Source: Mayamaea pseudoterrestris (taxonomy: Eukaryota). Taken from it: a stretch of 64,000 bases of DNA. This document shows, piece by piece, positions 11,752-22,143 of this stretch. Where the stretch lies: assembly GCA_027923505.1 (NCBI GenBank), contig BROI01000006.1:124001-188000 (forward strand), in the 5' to 3' direction. The notes beneath the pieces are model-generated. The model did no database searches. It was not told the DNA's origin and was given only the letters and a program-made list of their open reading frames with translations. Positions within the stretch are counted from its first letter, which is position 1. The number at the start of each line of letters is the position of its first letter. The position numbers and the translations under genes were made by a program.

Positions 11752-13698
11752 ATGGGTTCTCTAGTTGCAGCAATCTTCTTGCTCTCTGCATTCGCAAATG
11801 GCGCGTCAGGATTCCTACAGCCGGCGCGGCATGCGAGAACTCCGTATCTGCAGTTTGACCAGAGATTCGACCATGATTCGCAAGCATTTCTCACGGCTAC
11901 TGGAAATCGCTTCTCCTCACAAATGAAACGAAGAAAAACATCTCTCTACGTGTCTGATCCCTCTCTACTACTAATGACGAATAGCGTACAGAAAACATCA
12001 CAGTTCTTGGTCCGCATTGTCTTGCTGCGCGCCATGGCGTTTGTGCATCTTGTTGCCTTTTTGGTCGCACTGCATCAAAACAAGGCACTCATTGGCGACG
12101 ATGGAATCACTCCTGCTAAAAATGTGTTGAACGCGGCTGAAATGCGCGGCAAACTGATAAAGGAGCACCGCAAACACAAGGACGACGACGCCCGAGGGAC
12201 GCCAGAGCAACAACCTGCCACTCCAATTCTCAAATCGTTCAGACAAAGTTCACTTTCACGATTTATACAAAACAATCCAAAACTCTCTCGACTACAAAAC
12301 AAATTTGCAAATTTGCGCGAATTGCTGTGGGATCGATGCGACGTCATGCATCGACCAGTGATTACGCTCCTGTGGCTCGCCAAGGATCGCAACAAGCTAA
12401 ATCCTTGGCTGGATGCAATAGCTATTGCAGGCTTGTCCATGTCCGCTCTCATTCTGCTACTTGGATCGGCCAATGTACCTCTCGTCTTTGGGTTGTGGCT
12501 CTGTCAAAGGTCGCTCATGTCGGTTGGAAGTCCATTCTATGGGTTCGGCTGGGAGCCACAGCTCAATGAACTGTCGTTTCACGCACTCCTTCTCGTGCCG
12601 CTACTGTCGCTTCAACAAATACCACACTTACCAGTCTCACCAATCATTGCATGGACCTTTCGCTGGATGCTGTTTCGCATCATGATGGGTGCCGGCTTGA
12701 TCAAGTTTCGATCGGGCGACACCAAGTGGAAGGACGGGACGGCCATGCAATATTTCTACGAAACGCAGCCAGTCCCCAATCCATTGTCTCGCTACTTTCA
12801 TTGGATGCCCAAACCGTGGCACACGTTTGAAGTGTGGGCGAACCATTTCGTTGAAGTTTTGGCGCCGTGGCTTTTGATTATTCCGGGCTTGCCATTGTCT
12901 TGGCGACGAGCGGCTGGACTCATTCAAATCAACTTTCAAGCCATTTTGATTCTAAGCGGCAATTTGAGTTTCCTCAACTGGCTGACCATGGTGCCGGCAA
13001 TCATGTGTGTGGATGATGGTTTTGTCGGAGGGTTGTTTTCGGCGTCAACTCGTACCCGAGCCATGGGAGCGGCATGGACCTATTCTACATCTACAGGGCG
13101 GCAACTAGTAAATGTTGGCTTTCTTGGATTGGTCGCATGGTTGAGTATACCTGTGGTCAAGAACCTTCTTTCCGAGAAGCAGATTATGAACTTTTCGTTC
13201 GACCCACTGCGACTGATCAATACGTACGGCGCTTTTGGAACCGTAGGCGAGGAAAGGGAGGAGTTCATAATCTCTGCAGCACCTGATTTTGACGGTCCTT
13301 GGAAAGAATATGAGTTTAAAGTGAAGCCAGGAGACGTCAACAAACATCCACGATGGATTTCGCCGTACCATTATCGCTTGGATTGGCAGCTATGGATCGC
13401 TTCCGCATGCCGATCCCTGGATCGTAGCCCGTGGTTGCTATCGCTATTGCTGAAACTGCTTCAGCGAAACGAGGCTGTATTAAACCTACTCGACGGTGAT
13501 CCTTGGAAAGGTTACGCAGAAAAACCAAAGTATATTCGGGTTGATCGCTACAGGTACAAGTTTCACAAGCCGACGAGCCGAAACGACCCGGTTTTCTGGG
13601 ACAGGGAATACGTAGGGCGAGTCTATCCAAGGCAAGGGCTTGCAACCCAAGAGGGAATAAAAGACGACATTAGGCGTCTAAGGCTACTGTATGGCTAG
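11752..13698 (+). CDS. Lipase maturation factor (LMF) family protein (copy A)
   Basis: LIGDDGITP, FYGFGWE, RWMLFRIMMGAGLIK, YETQPVPNP, SGNLSFLNWLT, NTYGAFG, EYEFKVKPGD and SPYHYRLDWQLW. Confidence 0.9.
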   Translation: MGSLVAAIFLLSAFANGASGFLQPARHARTPYLQFDQRFDHDSQAFLTATGNRFSSQMKRRKTSLYVSDPSLLLMTNSVQKTSQFLVRIVLLRAMAFVHLVAFLVALHQNKALIGDDGITPAKNVLNAAEMRGKLIKEHRKHKDDDARGTPEQQPATPILKSFRQSSLSRFIQNNPKLSRLQNKFANLRELLWDRCDVMHRPVITLLWLAKDRNKLNPWLDAIAIAGLSMSALILLLGSANVPLVFGLWLCQRSLMSVGSPFYGFGWEPQLNELSFHALLLVPLLSLQQIPHLPVSPIIAWTFRWMLFRIMMGAGLIKFRSGDTKWKDGTAMQYFYETQPVPNPLSRYFHWMPKPWHTFEVWANHFVEVLAPWLLIIPGLPLSWRRAAGLIQINFQAILILSGNLSFLNWLTMVPAIMCVDDGFVGGLFSASTRTRAMGAAWTYSTSTGRQLVNVGFLGLVAWLSIPVVKNLLSEKQIMNFSFDPLRLINTYGAFGTVGEEREEFIISAAPDFDGPWKEYEFKVKPGDVNKHPRWISPYHYRLDWQLWIASACRSLDRSPWLLSLLLKLLQRNEAVLNLLDGDPWKGYAEKPKYIRVDRYRYKFHKPTSRNDPVFWDREYVGRVYPRQGLATQEGIKDDIRRLRLLYG

Positions 13699-13771
13699 CG
13701 CAGTTGTAAATTGACATACTTGTGTAGGAGTTGCAGTAAATTTTTTATCATAACAGTAAAGTGACGAACAT

Positions 13772-14533
13772 CTACACAGAGGTCAGCTCAAGCTTGGTTC
13801 CCATGCCCATGTCCATACCATCATATTGTGCCACGGCCTTTTTAGCATCCTCAATGTCCTCATACGTAACCTTTCCTCGCAGCACCGGAAAGTCGTCATC
13901 CTCCTTGCACTCAAACTCAGTCACAGATCCAAGCGACTCTAGCGTCATTTTGCAAGCTGCTTCACCCATGTTTGCGGGAAATCCGGAAAATGATAGTGTT
14001 GGCGACTTGACTGGAGGAGGAGCTGTCATTGCTGCTTCAGTTTGTCGAATCAGTGCCTTGTAGTCCTTGCCGTAACGTTGCAGTGCCAGCTCCTTGTTGT
14101 TGATGTATTCTGCGACAACATTTTGTGCATTGTGATCGTCTTTATCCTTTAGTGTCTGGTAAAACTCTTTAAATGCAGGCTTGGTCCACATTGCCTCCTC
14201 AAACTTGGAGGAAAACTTGTCTGGCCTCTTCATCTTTGCCGCCGTGCCCTTCAATTGACCGCTCATTCGAAGACGAACCTCTACAAGCATGAGCTTCACG
14301 TCCATCTCATTCATGGATGCTGGAACACGAATGCCTTGTTGCTGTAGCTCTTCCTCCACGTCGTCAAACTCCATTGGCTGAACCTTGGCAAATTCTTCAG
14401 CCACGACAGGATCATTGTAGTCAATCGCCATGCGCAGTGGCTGCCTCGTCCGTCCAGCCGATGGTGCGACGAAGAATGCATTCGCGGCGGAAACAAGCGC
14501 CAGCAGAAGAACTGCGCAACGGAACTGAGCCAT
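13772..14533 (-). CDS. Plastid-targeted protein with a C-terminal RRM-like domain (copy A)
   Basis: Signal peptide ending ANA-FF; C-terminal LSFSGFPANM..GKVTYEDIEDAKKAVAQYDGMDMGMGTKLEL fits an RRM pattern. Confidence 0.75.
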   Translation of the reverse strand: MAQFRCAVLLLALVSAANAFFVAPSAGRTRQPLRMAIDYNDPVVAEEFAKVQPMEFDDVEEELQQQGIRVPASMNEMDVKLMLVEVRLRMSGQLKGTAAKMKRPDKFSSKFEEAMWTKPAFKEFYQTLKDKDDHNAQNVVAEYINNKELALQRYGKDYKALIRQTEAAMTAPPPVKSPTLSFSGFPANMGEAACKMTLESLGSVTEFECKEDDDFPVLRGKVTYEDIEDAKKAVAQYDGMDMGMGTKLELTSV

Positions 14534-15536
14534 TTTGGTGTCTAAAGTGTGACTATAGACGATACTTGTCTTAAAAAATGATGTGCCATCACCTTGGTCG
14601 GATGGTGGATGATGCTGCTGCGCCAAAAGCTGACGCATGTCGCAGTTGCCACTTGGAAGAAGGCGCGCGGGCGCGGTGCCCGCGACGGTTTCAGCTTCCG
14701 GGTGTGACAGGGATCGCGGTTCGTCTTTTTGAAAACGGATCGTTCCAATTATGCTTTGACATTTTTCCGGGAAAGGCTTATGTAGAACGCACGTCGAACA
14801 GACCGGAAGATATCCTTTCTTTCGTTTGAAGTCTACGAGCGTTTCCTACCAAGTGTCTCGTAGGGAAGTCTCGGAAATCACAAGTCGCCTCGATCACTTT
14901 TTTGGGCACACAATTTGCTCCAACTTCCAGAGAAGTACGATTTTGTTTGCCAGTGAGCGACTTCTTATTATACAAACGTAAGTTTCCGACCCTCCATGAC
15001 TGTTGGACCCACGTTGTTGTGACTAAAAGTTGAAAGAGTGTTGTTGTATCTTTGCTTGGCGACAGCATCAGCGAGATTCCACCTCTGGAGCTTGGATGGG
15101 GTGGAAAAAGATGGATTTCTCCGCCAGAGGTGTCTTGCTGACATCAACACTTTGTGTGATGACTCTTATGATGATTTTGAGTCTGTGGAATAGTTGTTGT
15201 CGTGTAAGAATGTTAAAACTTTGACTTTTTCCACTTGGTCGTCCGTCCTCGAGACCCGTCGTTCCATCGGGTTGTTTGTCGACTGCATGGTGGCACTGCT
15301 CGCTTGGTTCGCTCGTGCAGCCGAAGCGGACGTGAGCTGCCTTGCCCGGCCGGCGTCCAACCACGTACTTTTCACGACGCGTCGGTTGAGCCTTTGATTG
15401 GTGGTTGCGAACGCACGCCCCCCGTCGCCCCTCATGTTTTTGAGTCTTGGATGCGCAGCTTGGTTCGTGTGCTTTCACGTTAGCTAACTTTCGCTTTCTC
15501 CTATTCGACTTACAGACAAACCAAGTATCTATAAAC

Positions 15537-16326
15537 ATGTCCGACTTTGAAGACTTTGAGGAAGGTGCCTTTGACGGTGGCTTTGATGACGCATCTGACG
15601 ATGATGTTGAGGACTTTGCTCCCGATGAAGCTGGATGGGAGGGCGATCCAGTGGCTGCGGATCCTGAAGATGACGACGAGGACGATGATGACGAGGATGC
15701 CGGTGAAGAAGATCTTGGTAAGTTGTGGGACTTTGATCTCGCCTACCCTGTCGTCTACCGTGTTTTCTTGGCTTACATGTGAAGCTTCAACTCATTTAGG
15801 CGACGAGGATACCGACGAAGAGGAGGCAAACGACGACGATGCTGCTGCAGGTGACGATGTGAGTCATTTTCGGCATGTTATAATGCTAGCTGTTAAAACA
15901 AGAATTCTCACAATATATATTTAATGTCTTTACAGGATCAGGGAGATGACGACAATGAAGGTGGAGACGATGACGAGGATGACGACGATGAGCAAGTCGG
16001 CGAGGACGATGAAGACGAGGTAAGCTTGACGCTTGCGGTGTTCCTTTTCTCCCTTTCGTGACTTTGACTAACAGTTCAAGTCTTTTCCGCTTTTGCCAAT
16101 TTAGGAGGACCCTGCCACGAGCACGCGAGCTCTCGTCGAGGGACCTGTCCAGTCGGACGACGAAGATGAGGAAGACTACGAGGACAAGGGTGGCGATGAT
16201 GACGAGGAAGAAGTTGACGATGAAGACGAGGATGAGGAAGCGCCTGATGAGGAGGGAGATGACGACGATGACGAGGAAGGCGGCGATGATGATGACAAGC
16301 CATCCAAGAAGCAACGGACTGGATGA
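15537..16326 (+). CDS. Highly acidic 181-aa protein with C-terminal NLS-like KPSKKQRT (copy A); exons 15537-15717, 15800-15858, 15936-16019, 16105-16326
   Basis: Three GT-AG introns give a 546-nt in-frame CDS; exons conserved and introns diverged in copy B. Confidence 0.8.
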
Positions 16327-16384
16327 GGTTTGTGATTGATGCATGCAGTAGATAAGGTTATATATCTATGTAAAATATCGCCCT

Positions 16385-17107
16385 CTATGAAGCTTTGACC
16401 TCAATGTTAGTAGCAGTCTTGTAAATGCGCATTTCTTGTTCGTCGTAGACAATGGAAGCGTCAAGCCGTAAGTCGGCTTGTGTAGACGTGTCTTCTGCAT
16501 CTCGAAGCGGCAGCGCAAAGCGGTAAGATAAAACGGTTGTCTCTGGAAGACATTCTTTTGCTAGCTTGAGACTTATTCGTCCCATCAACGGTTTGACTCC
16601 AAAGATCATGACTGTATCGGCATGTGAAAGATTATATGTAAAAAAGTCGCGACAGTAAAATTCGGATTGTTGTCGTTCAAGAGACGACCAGAGAAACAGC
16701 CGTCGAAATTGCGAAATCAAGTACAGCGTTGTGTTCAACTCAATGCCAATCGCGCGGTCATATCCAGCCAGTAATGCTTGTCGAACTGCTTCGCCGTCAC
16801 CACTGCCAAGATCGACAAAGACCAATGGTTGTTGAATGCTCGTAGTTGTTTGCAACGCGGAAGCTAACCTTTGATGGCTTCCTAGTCCACGACGCTGTCG
16901 ATGTATCGACATGGAATATTCCAATGCTTGTCGAAGCTTGTGCTTCGGTGTTCCCATGTAAGGAAGCGGACTCTTGGAGACGACGAATGGAGCCATGAGT
17001 GCAATCGATCCAACCATGATGCTTCCAGCCACAATACCGGCTCGAAGCTGGCGCTGTCGTCTCAAAGCATGGTCATCAGCACTTTCTACATACATGCAAT
17101 CAAACAT
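16385..17107 (-). CDS. Class I SAM methyltransferase, FAM173 (ATPSCKMT/ANTKMT)-like (copy A)
   Basis: N-terminal TM segment, LPYMGTP, VDLGSGDG, GIELN, IFGVKPLM and SYRF; start uncertain. Confidence 0.8.
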   Translation of the reverse strand: MFDCMYVESADDHALRRQRQLRAGIVAGSIMVGSIALMAPFVVSKSPLPYMGTPKHKLRQALEYSMSIHRQRRGLGSHQRLASALQTTTSIQQPLVFVDLGSGDGEAVRQALLAGYDRAIGIELNTTLYLISQFRRLFLWSSLERQQSEFYCRDFFTYNLSHADTVMIFGVKPLMGRISLKLAKECLPETTVLSYRFALPLRDAEDTSTQADLRLDASIVYDEQEMRIYKTATNIEVKAS

Positions 17108-17376
17108 ATGGAGTAATGATTGCTTTATTGCGCCTTTATCGACCAAAGCAGCATCAATTTATAGAGATGGAAACGGACGCAAGCGAAAACGAAAGTGGCG
17201 TTTTGTCCCTGTGCGACAGAAAGCGCCGCTGCGACACGTCATCACGCGCCTTCCTTGGCACCTCCCCATGCTTCCTGCACGATCAACATGAGACATGAGC
17301 CATGACAATTTAGCCGCTCAAACTATCCTCATCGTGAAGTAGTACCGATCCTGCTACTAGACTTCTACAACAAAAA

Positions 17377-19042
17377 ATGGCTGACTGTGGTGCAACTGGA
17401 TCAACGCTAGATCGAGCCGCTCGTGCTCTCTTTGGGGCAAACGATGCCAAGGCTGCTGCTTCGCTCATGGGGCATGCCGTCGCAGCGTTTGGAGGAGGAG
17501 CATCGCAGCAGCCAATGCCGCTTCTTGTGGCGACTCCAGAAAGTATATCGCTTCCGCAGACGCATAGTCAGTTGGCGGTGAATCGGCAGCTGCAGCAGCA
17601 GCATCTGAATACGCCCAAGACTGTGCATCGTTCGGAGCAACACCAATCGCCTTTACAATATCAATCGTTGCAGCAGCAGCATCAGCATCATCAGCTTTAT
17701 AACTCTCCGATCAGCAGCCGCAACATGCTCCTCAGTTTCTAGCAGCAGCATGCCCATTTACAGATGATGCAGCAGCAACAGCACCATCGATGATGCAGCA
17801 GCAACAGCAGCAATTGCAGCTCATGGCGCAACAACAACAACATCATTTGCAGCAGCAGCAGAATCTATCACACGTGACGCATGAGCAAGAGAATGATGTA
17901 GAGTATCATGATGGAGTCGTTCAAGGAGCAACCATTCAGGAGCTCTCGGCTGCCTGGGCTGAAACTGTAGACAGCATTCAGCAGGAACAAGACGTTTACG
18001 ACGGAAACGTGCAAGGAGCAACGATTGAGGAGCTTTCCGCGGCGTGGGCCGAGGCGCAAGCCGACTATGAGGAGCTGGAAGCAGCCGTCAATGTCGCCAG
18101 TGGCTATCACGAAGAGGAGCACGTGACTCCCGAGTACGAGTTTATCAACCCATTGGCAGACGTCACAAATGCAACGAAACTCCAGATGCAGCGACAACAG
18201 ACTGGATGGAGCAAGGCATGCGCCACTTTGCGCAAGGCGAGCTACAGGAAGCTGTACGCGACTTTGAAACGGAGCTGCAGCAACACAACATGGACAACGC
18301 CACAGCTTGGCGTATGCTTGGTAGATGCCACGCTGAGAATGATCAGACGCATGGCTATTGTTTGTTTGGAGCAAGCAGCTGACCGTGACCCGTACAATCA
18401 GGAAGCAAGGTTAGCCTTGGGAGTGAGTTACGTCAATGAGCTTAACCATGCCAAGGCACTGGAACATTTAAAGGGCATGGATCACACATAATCCAAAGTA
18501 TTCGCAACTTGAAATTGAGAAGACTTGTACGGAGCTGGCTCTCGCCGAAAATAATTTGTGAGCGAACCTTGGTTTGACGAAGTCCAGCGCCTCTGCTATC
18601 GGCACCAGAGTTTGATGCGAGCGATGCAGCCGACGTGCTTGGCGCGCTAGGTGTCGTTTACAACGTCAGTCGAGACTACGATGCTGCTATTGATGCGTTC
18701 AAACGAGCCATTGCCATTCACGGAGACGATTACCAGCTATACAATCGGCTTGGAGCAACATTGGCCAATTGCAGCAAAAGTGAGGATGCCCTTCCAGCCT
18801 ACAAGCGAGCCATTGAGTTGAAACCAAAGTTTACAAGAGCCTGGCTAAACATGGCCATTTCTCATGCGAATCTACAGAACTTTGGTGAAGCATCCAGGTG
18901 TTATTTGCAAACGTTGAGTTTGATCGCGACATTGTTGGAGTTATTTGCGAGTAGCGCTCTCGTCGGGACATTACTGGGAGCTGCTTCCATATGCTGCGGC
19001 AATGGATCTTGACTCGTTTCATGCACATTTGATTTTATTTAG
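17377..19042 (+). pseudogene. PEX5: PEX5 copy A, disrupted (pseudogene or low-quality consensus)
   Basis: Colinear with intact 32642-34318 but split by a TAG at 17740-17742 and many small indels. Confidence 0.8.
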
Positions 19043-19297
19043 TCATTGTTATGATATTGCCTATGACTGTTGCTGAAGGTATGAAGTTGTACTCGGTAGA
19101 AACCACAACAATTCGATATGGAAATGGGTAGCCAAAAAATGGCTCAAAAATAAAAGTGTGAACGTCCTCGTCGTTGAGCATGTTGAAGTGCCGCTCGGTG
19201 ATCGCATCGCGTGAATCGCCTCCATCTTTTGATCTGGATACATTTATACCGTGTGCTCCGGGCTCTTTCTAATAGTACAAGGAAGCTAGGAAACACT

Positions 19298-19520
19298 ATG
19301 AAGTATCAGACAGCCTTGTTGCTTTCGTGCTCGCACTGGAGAGCGATGCTCTGCGCCGTCCGAAATTTCTTTCGCAGAGAAGCACCAAGGTCTTTGCCAC
19401 GGTCGAAGACAACGAAACAGGCAAATGTTGCGCAACGGACGGACACCAACCGTGACAGCATCATGACTTTGCTCACCACACTAATGTCCTGGAACCAAGT
19501 ACGAGAAACCAACACACCCA
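19298..19520 (+). pseudogene. Truncated, indel-rich 5' fragment of the CRTISO-like gene at the duplication junction
   Basis: Matches 34578-34802 with frameshifts, then switches abruptly to the start of copy B. Confidence 0.85.
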
Positions 19521-20002
19521 TTGCCACGCATTCAATTTTCTCTATGTGTTACAGCTCCAAGTAGGTTAGTAGACGCTGGACACTACATGTAAGTGTTGTA
19601 CTGTATGCTGAAGAGACTACGAACGGTGAATGTATTATTTGTCCCAACAGAGATTCATGGGGCAGAGTAGGATCACAAGCGGCGAAACTGACACCCTTGG
19701 CAAGTATCATGTCGGTTGTGATTGGTGGTTGCAAAACTGACGTTCGATTGATTCTTCAAGTTAGACGTGACACTACCCCGTGAAAGAAGGCTGCCATCAA
19801 GGTGAAATGAGTCGTTGATAGGGACCTGTCATTGAACATGGCTATTGTGGCGTTGACATCGTGTTTGTGCGTCATTGGAACGAACGCGACGCTTCTCAGT
19901 TCAACAAGTCCGTTTTCTTGTTGATGGCCCCGTTCCATCATGCCACAAAACTCAATCAGCGCAAGCAAATAATCACTTATTCTGTTTCTCATACCCACAA
20001 CA

Positions 20003-20311
20003 ATGTCCTTTCAATCAAACATGAATTCCAACGATGAGCTGCTAGCGTCAGCGATGATGCTCTTCACCATCAGCGAAGATTCGTCTTCCTTTGACGCCGG
20101 GAGACCGTCGTCGTTTTCATCGCTCAGTGGCGACACTGTCCAACGAAGCGGCTGGGGCAATGCACTAACGAGAAGATCATACAAGAACGACCTATGCTTA
20201 CTTGCTGGCGACTCGCAACAGATGCGGCCCTCAGCCATGCAAAAGACTGCCTTTCAACGAGAAGCGGACACGTACGCCGCGTCGTACGGTTTCTTTGTCC
20301 AGACTTGCTGA
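20003..20311 (+). CDS. Small hypothetical protein, 102 aa (copy B)
   Basis: Counterpart of 4689-4997. Confidence 0.6.
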   Translation: MSFQSNMNSNDELLASAMMLFTISEDSSSFDAGRPSSFSSLSGDTVQRSGWGNALTRRSYKNDLCLLAGDSQQMRPSAMQKTAFQREADTYAASYGFFVQTC

Positions 20312-20486
20312 TCGAACGAAAACACAAAGCCAGCTACGGTATGCAATAGCGCTTACCTTTCACCAATAAAGCTGTTACTTGAACATTTCTGCACAAAAAA
20401 TCATGAACATACGCTGACCATCTACCATGCGCCGACTTAAATGACACGAAAACGAAATAATAATAACCATTTTTGACACCAACGAC

Positions 20487-21963
20487 TTATGTCTCTATTG
20501 TTTTTCGTTTTTTATCGTAGACGCAAGTCAATGATCCCATTTTGAGAGGTGGAGATGAGTGCTCGAATAGTGTCACGTCAATCGTGGACTGCATGAGATT
20601 CTCCACGACCGATTGCAAGGCTTTGCCCGTCTGCTTAAAGTCTACACATGGCATGCGAGACCGCAGTGATTAGCAGTTGTACTGCACGCGACTCGTCTTT
20701 CTCAATTGACTTACCTGGCCCTGGGTTGACTTCAAGCAAGTACACTTGCCACTCCGTGTCAATGACAAAGTCAAGTCCAAAGTGCTCGAAGCAATCTTCC
20801 ATGGGCGAAAACACACCAAACTCCGTCTCGTAAGCACGAAACAGTTCCGAGACAATGGCGTGCATGTCCAGCAGCACCTTGTCGGAACGTGAGCGAGCGT
20901 CGTGTATATCTTGACATGTTCCATCCCGCATCAGCATTGTCAAGACTGCGTCGGATCCCCACTGATGCACACAATCCTTCTCGGAAAAGTTGGGATCAAT
21001 CTCTTGGTAAGCAGTATTGGTAATATGAGCAGTCAATTGGTCAAAATCGTTTTGTCGATAGGCAGTTCCGCTCATGAGAGCGAGGCAATCGTTGGAAAAG
21101 TAAACTTGCAAAGCGCCGACAGCGACAATATAGGCACGAATGTGGAATTTGCGTTTGCGGAGCGTCAAGGGATTTGCAATGTAGCGCTGTAGAACCCTGA
21201 AACGGCATATAGAGGCAGTTAAGCATATATCAAGATCCTCATTATACCACATGGATTCACAGCCTTACCATTCACGAATGTCAGACTCACTCCAGCAAAT
21301 GTCCAATATTTGTTCGTAAACATGGACCAAGTATATGCCTACGCCCTTGTTCACCGTGCTTCCTTTGAGTATCCAAACTGCTTCTTCGACCAACCGGCTT
21401 TCCATCAGTAGCTTTGCAGGTTCCAAACATTGCTCCAAGAGTTGTCGCTGATTGATATTGTTCGATCCAGAAGCCGACACTGACGACCCCACGACGAACT
21501 CCGCCATGTTTGCGCCACTTCCATTCTCCCAGACTGCCCACGTATCAAGTATGACAGTCTCTGGTATAGCATTTTTCAATACACTCTTTGGATGCTTGGA
21601 AACATGTCGATTTAAGTAGAGTGCCAGTTGCGCCTTGCGCGACAAGCCCTTGCGGATGCGGTAGCTGCTCGCACGTACGTGCGTTTGCTGCCAGTGGATG
21701 CGCTCATACTCGCTCCACGAAAAGTCACAGTCTACTGGCAGCTGGACAGCTTCCATTCCTTCTCCGGCACCAAGTGTGACGAGAAAGTGGCGCGATGCGA
21801 GTGCGTGATGAATGATGGAACGAGTGTATGGTTCGTCAATGTCGAGGTAAATGCGATTGTACTTGCGTTTGGCTCGTGGCACTGATTTTTCAGTTTGACA
21901 TTCATTTCCGTTTGCAACATTCAAGACGGAAAACTTGATGGTGGGCTGCAGTTGCAGAGACAT
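20487..21963 (-). CDS. TTL family protein (copy B), two introns
   Basis: Same motifs and splice positions as copy A. Confidence 0.85.
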
Positions 21964-22143
21964 GAGATGATAGTTGCAAATGGCCGATCATTGGCAATGC
22001 CCATGGTGGAAATCATTGGTTTGGCGGCGTGACGGAAACGTGCTCGGTTTCGGTGCGACATTGTGTCACGCTTTTTCGTTTCGCTTTGGCGCAGTATCTC
22101 GTCGTCCATGGCGAACCGCTCATCCATTTGAGCGACTCATAGC

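Noticed and set aside
15886..16344. Hydrophobic or R/H-rich antisense and alternative-frame ORFs over acidic genes (also over NAP1)
   Set aside because: Shadow frames of GAY/GAR codon runs
19500..19540. Transposon footprint at the duplication junction
   Set aside because: No terminal inverted repeats, target-site duplication or transposase/RT remnants seen
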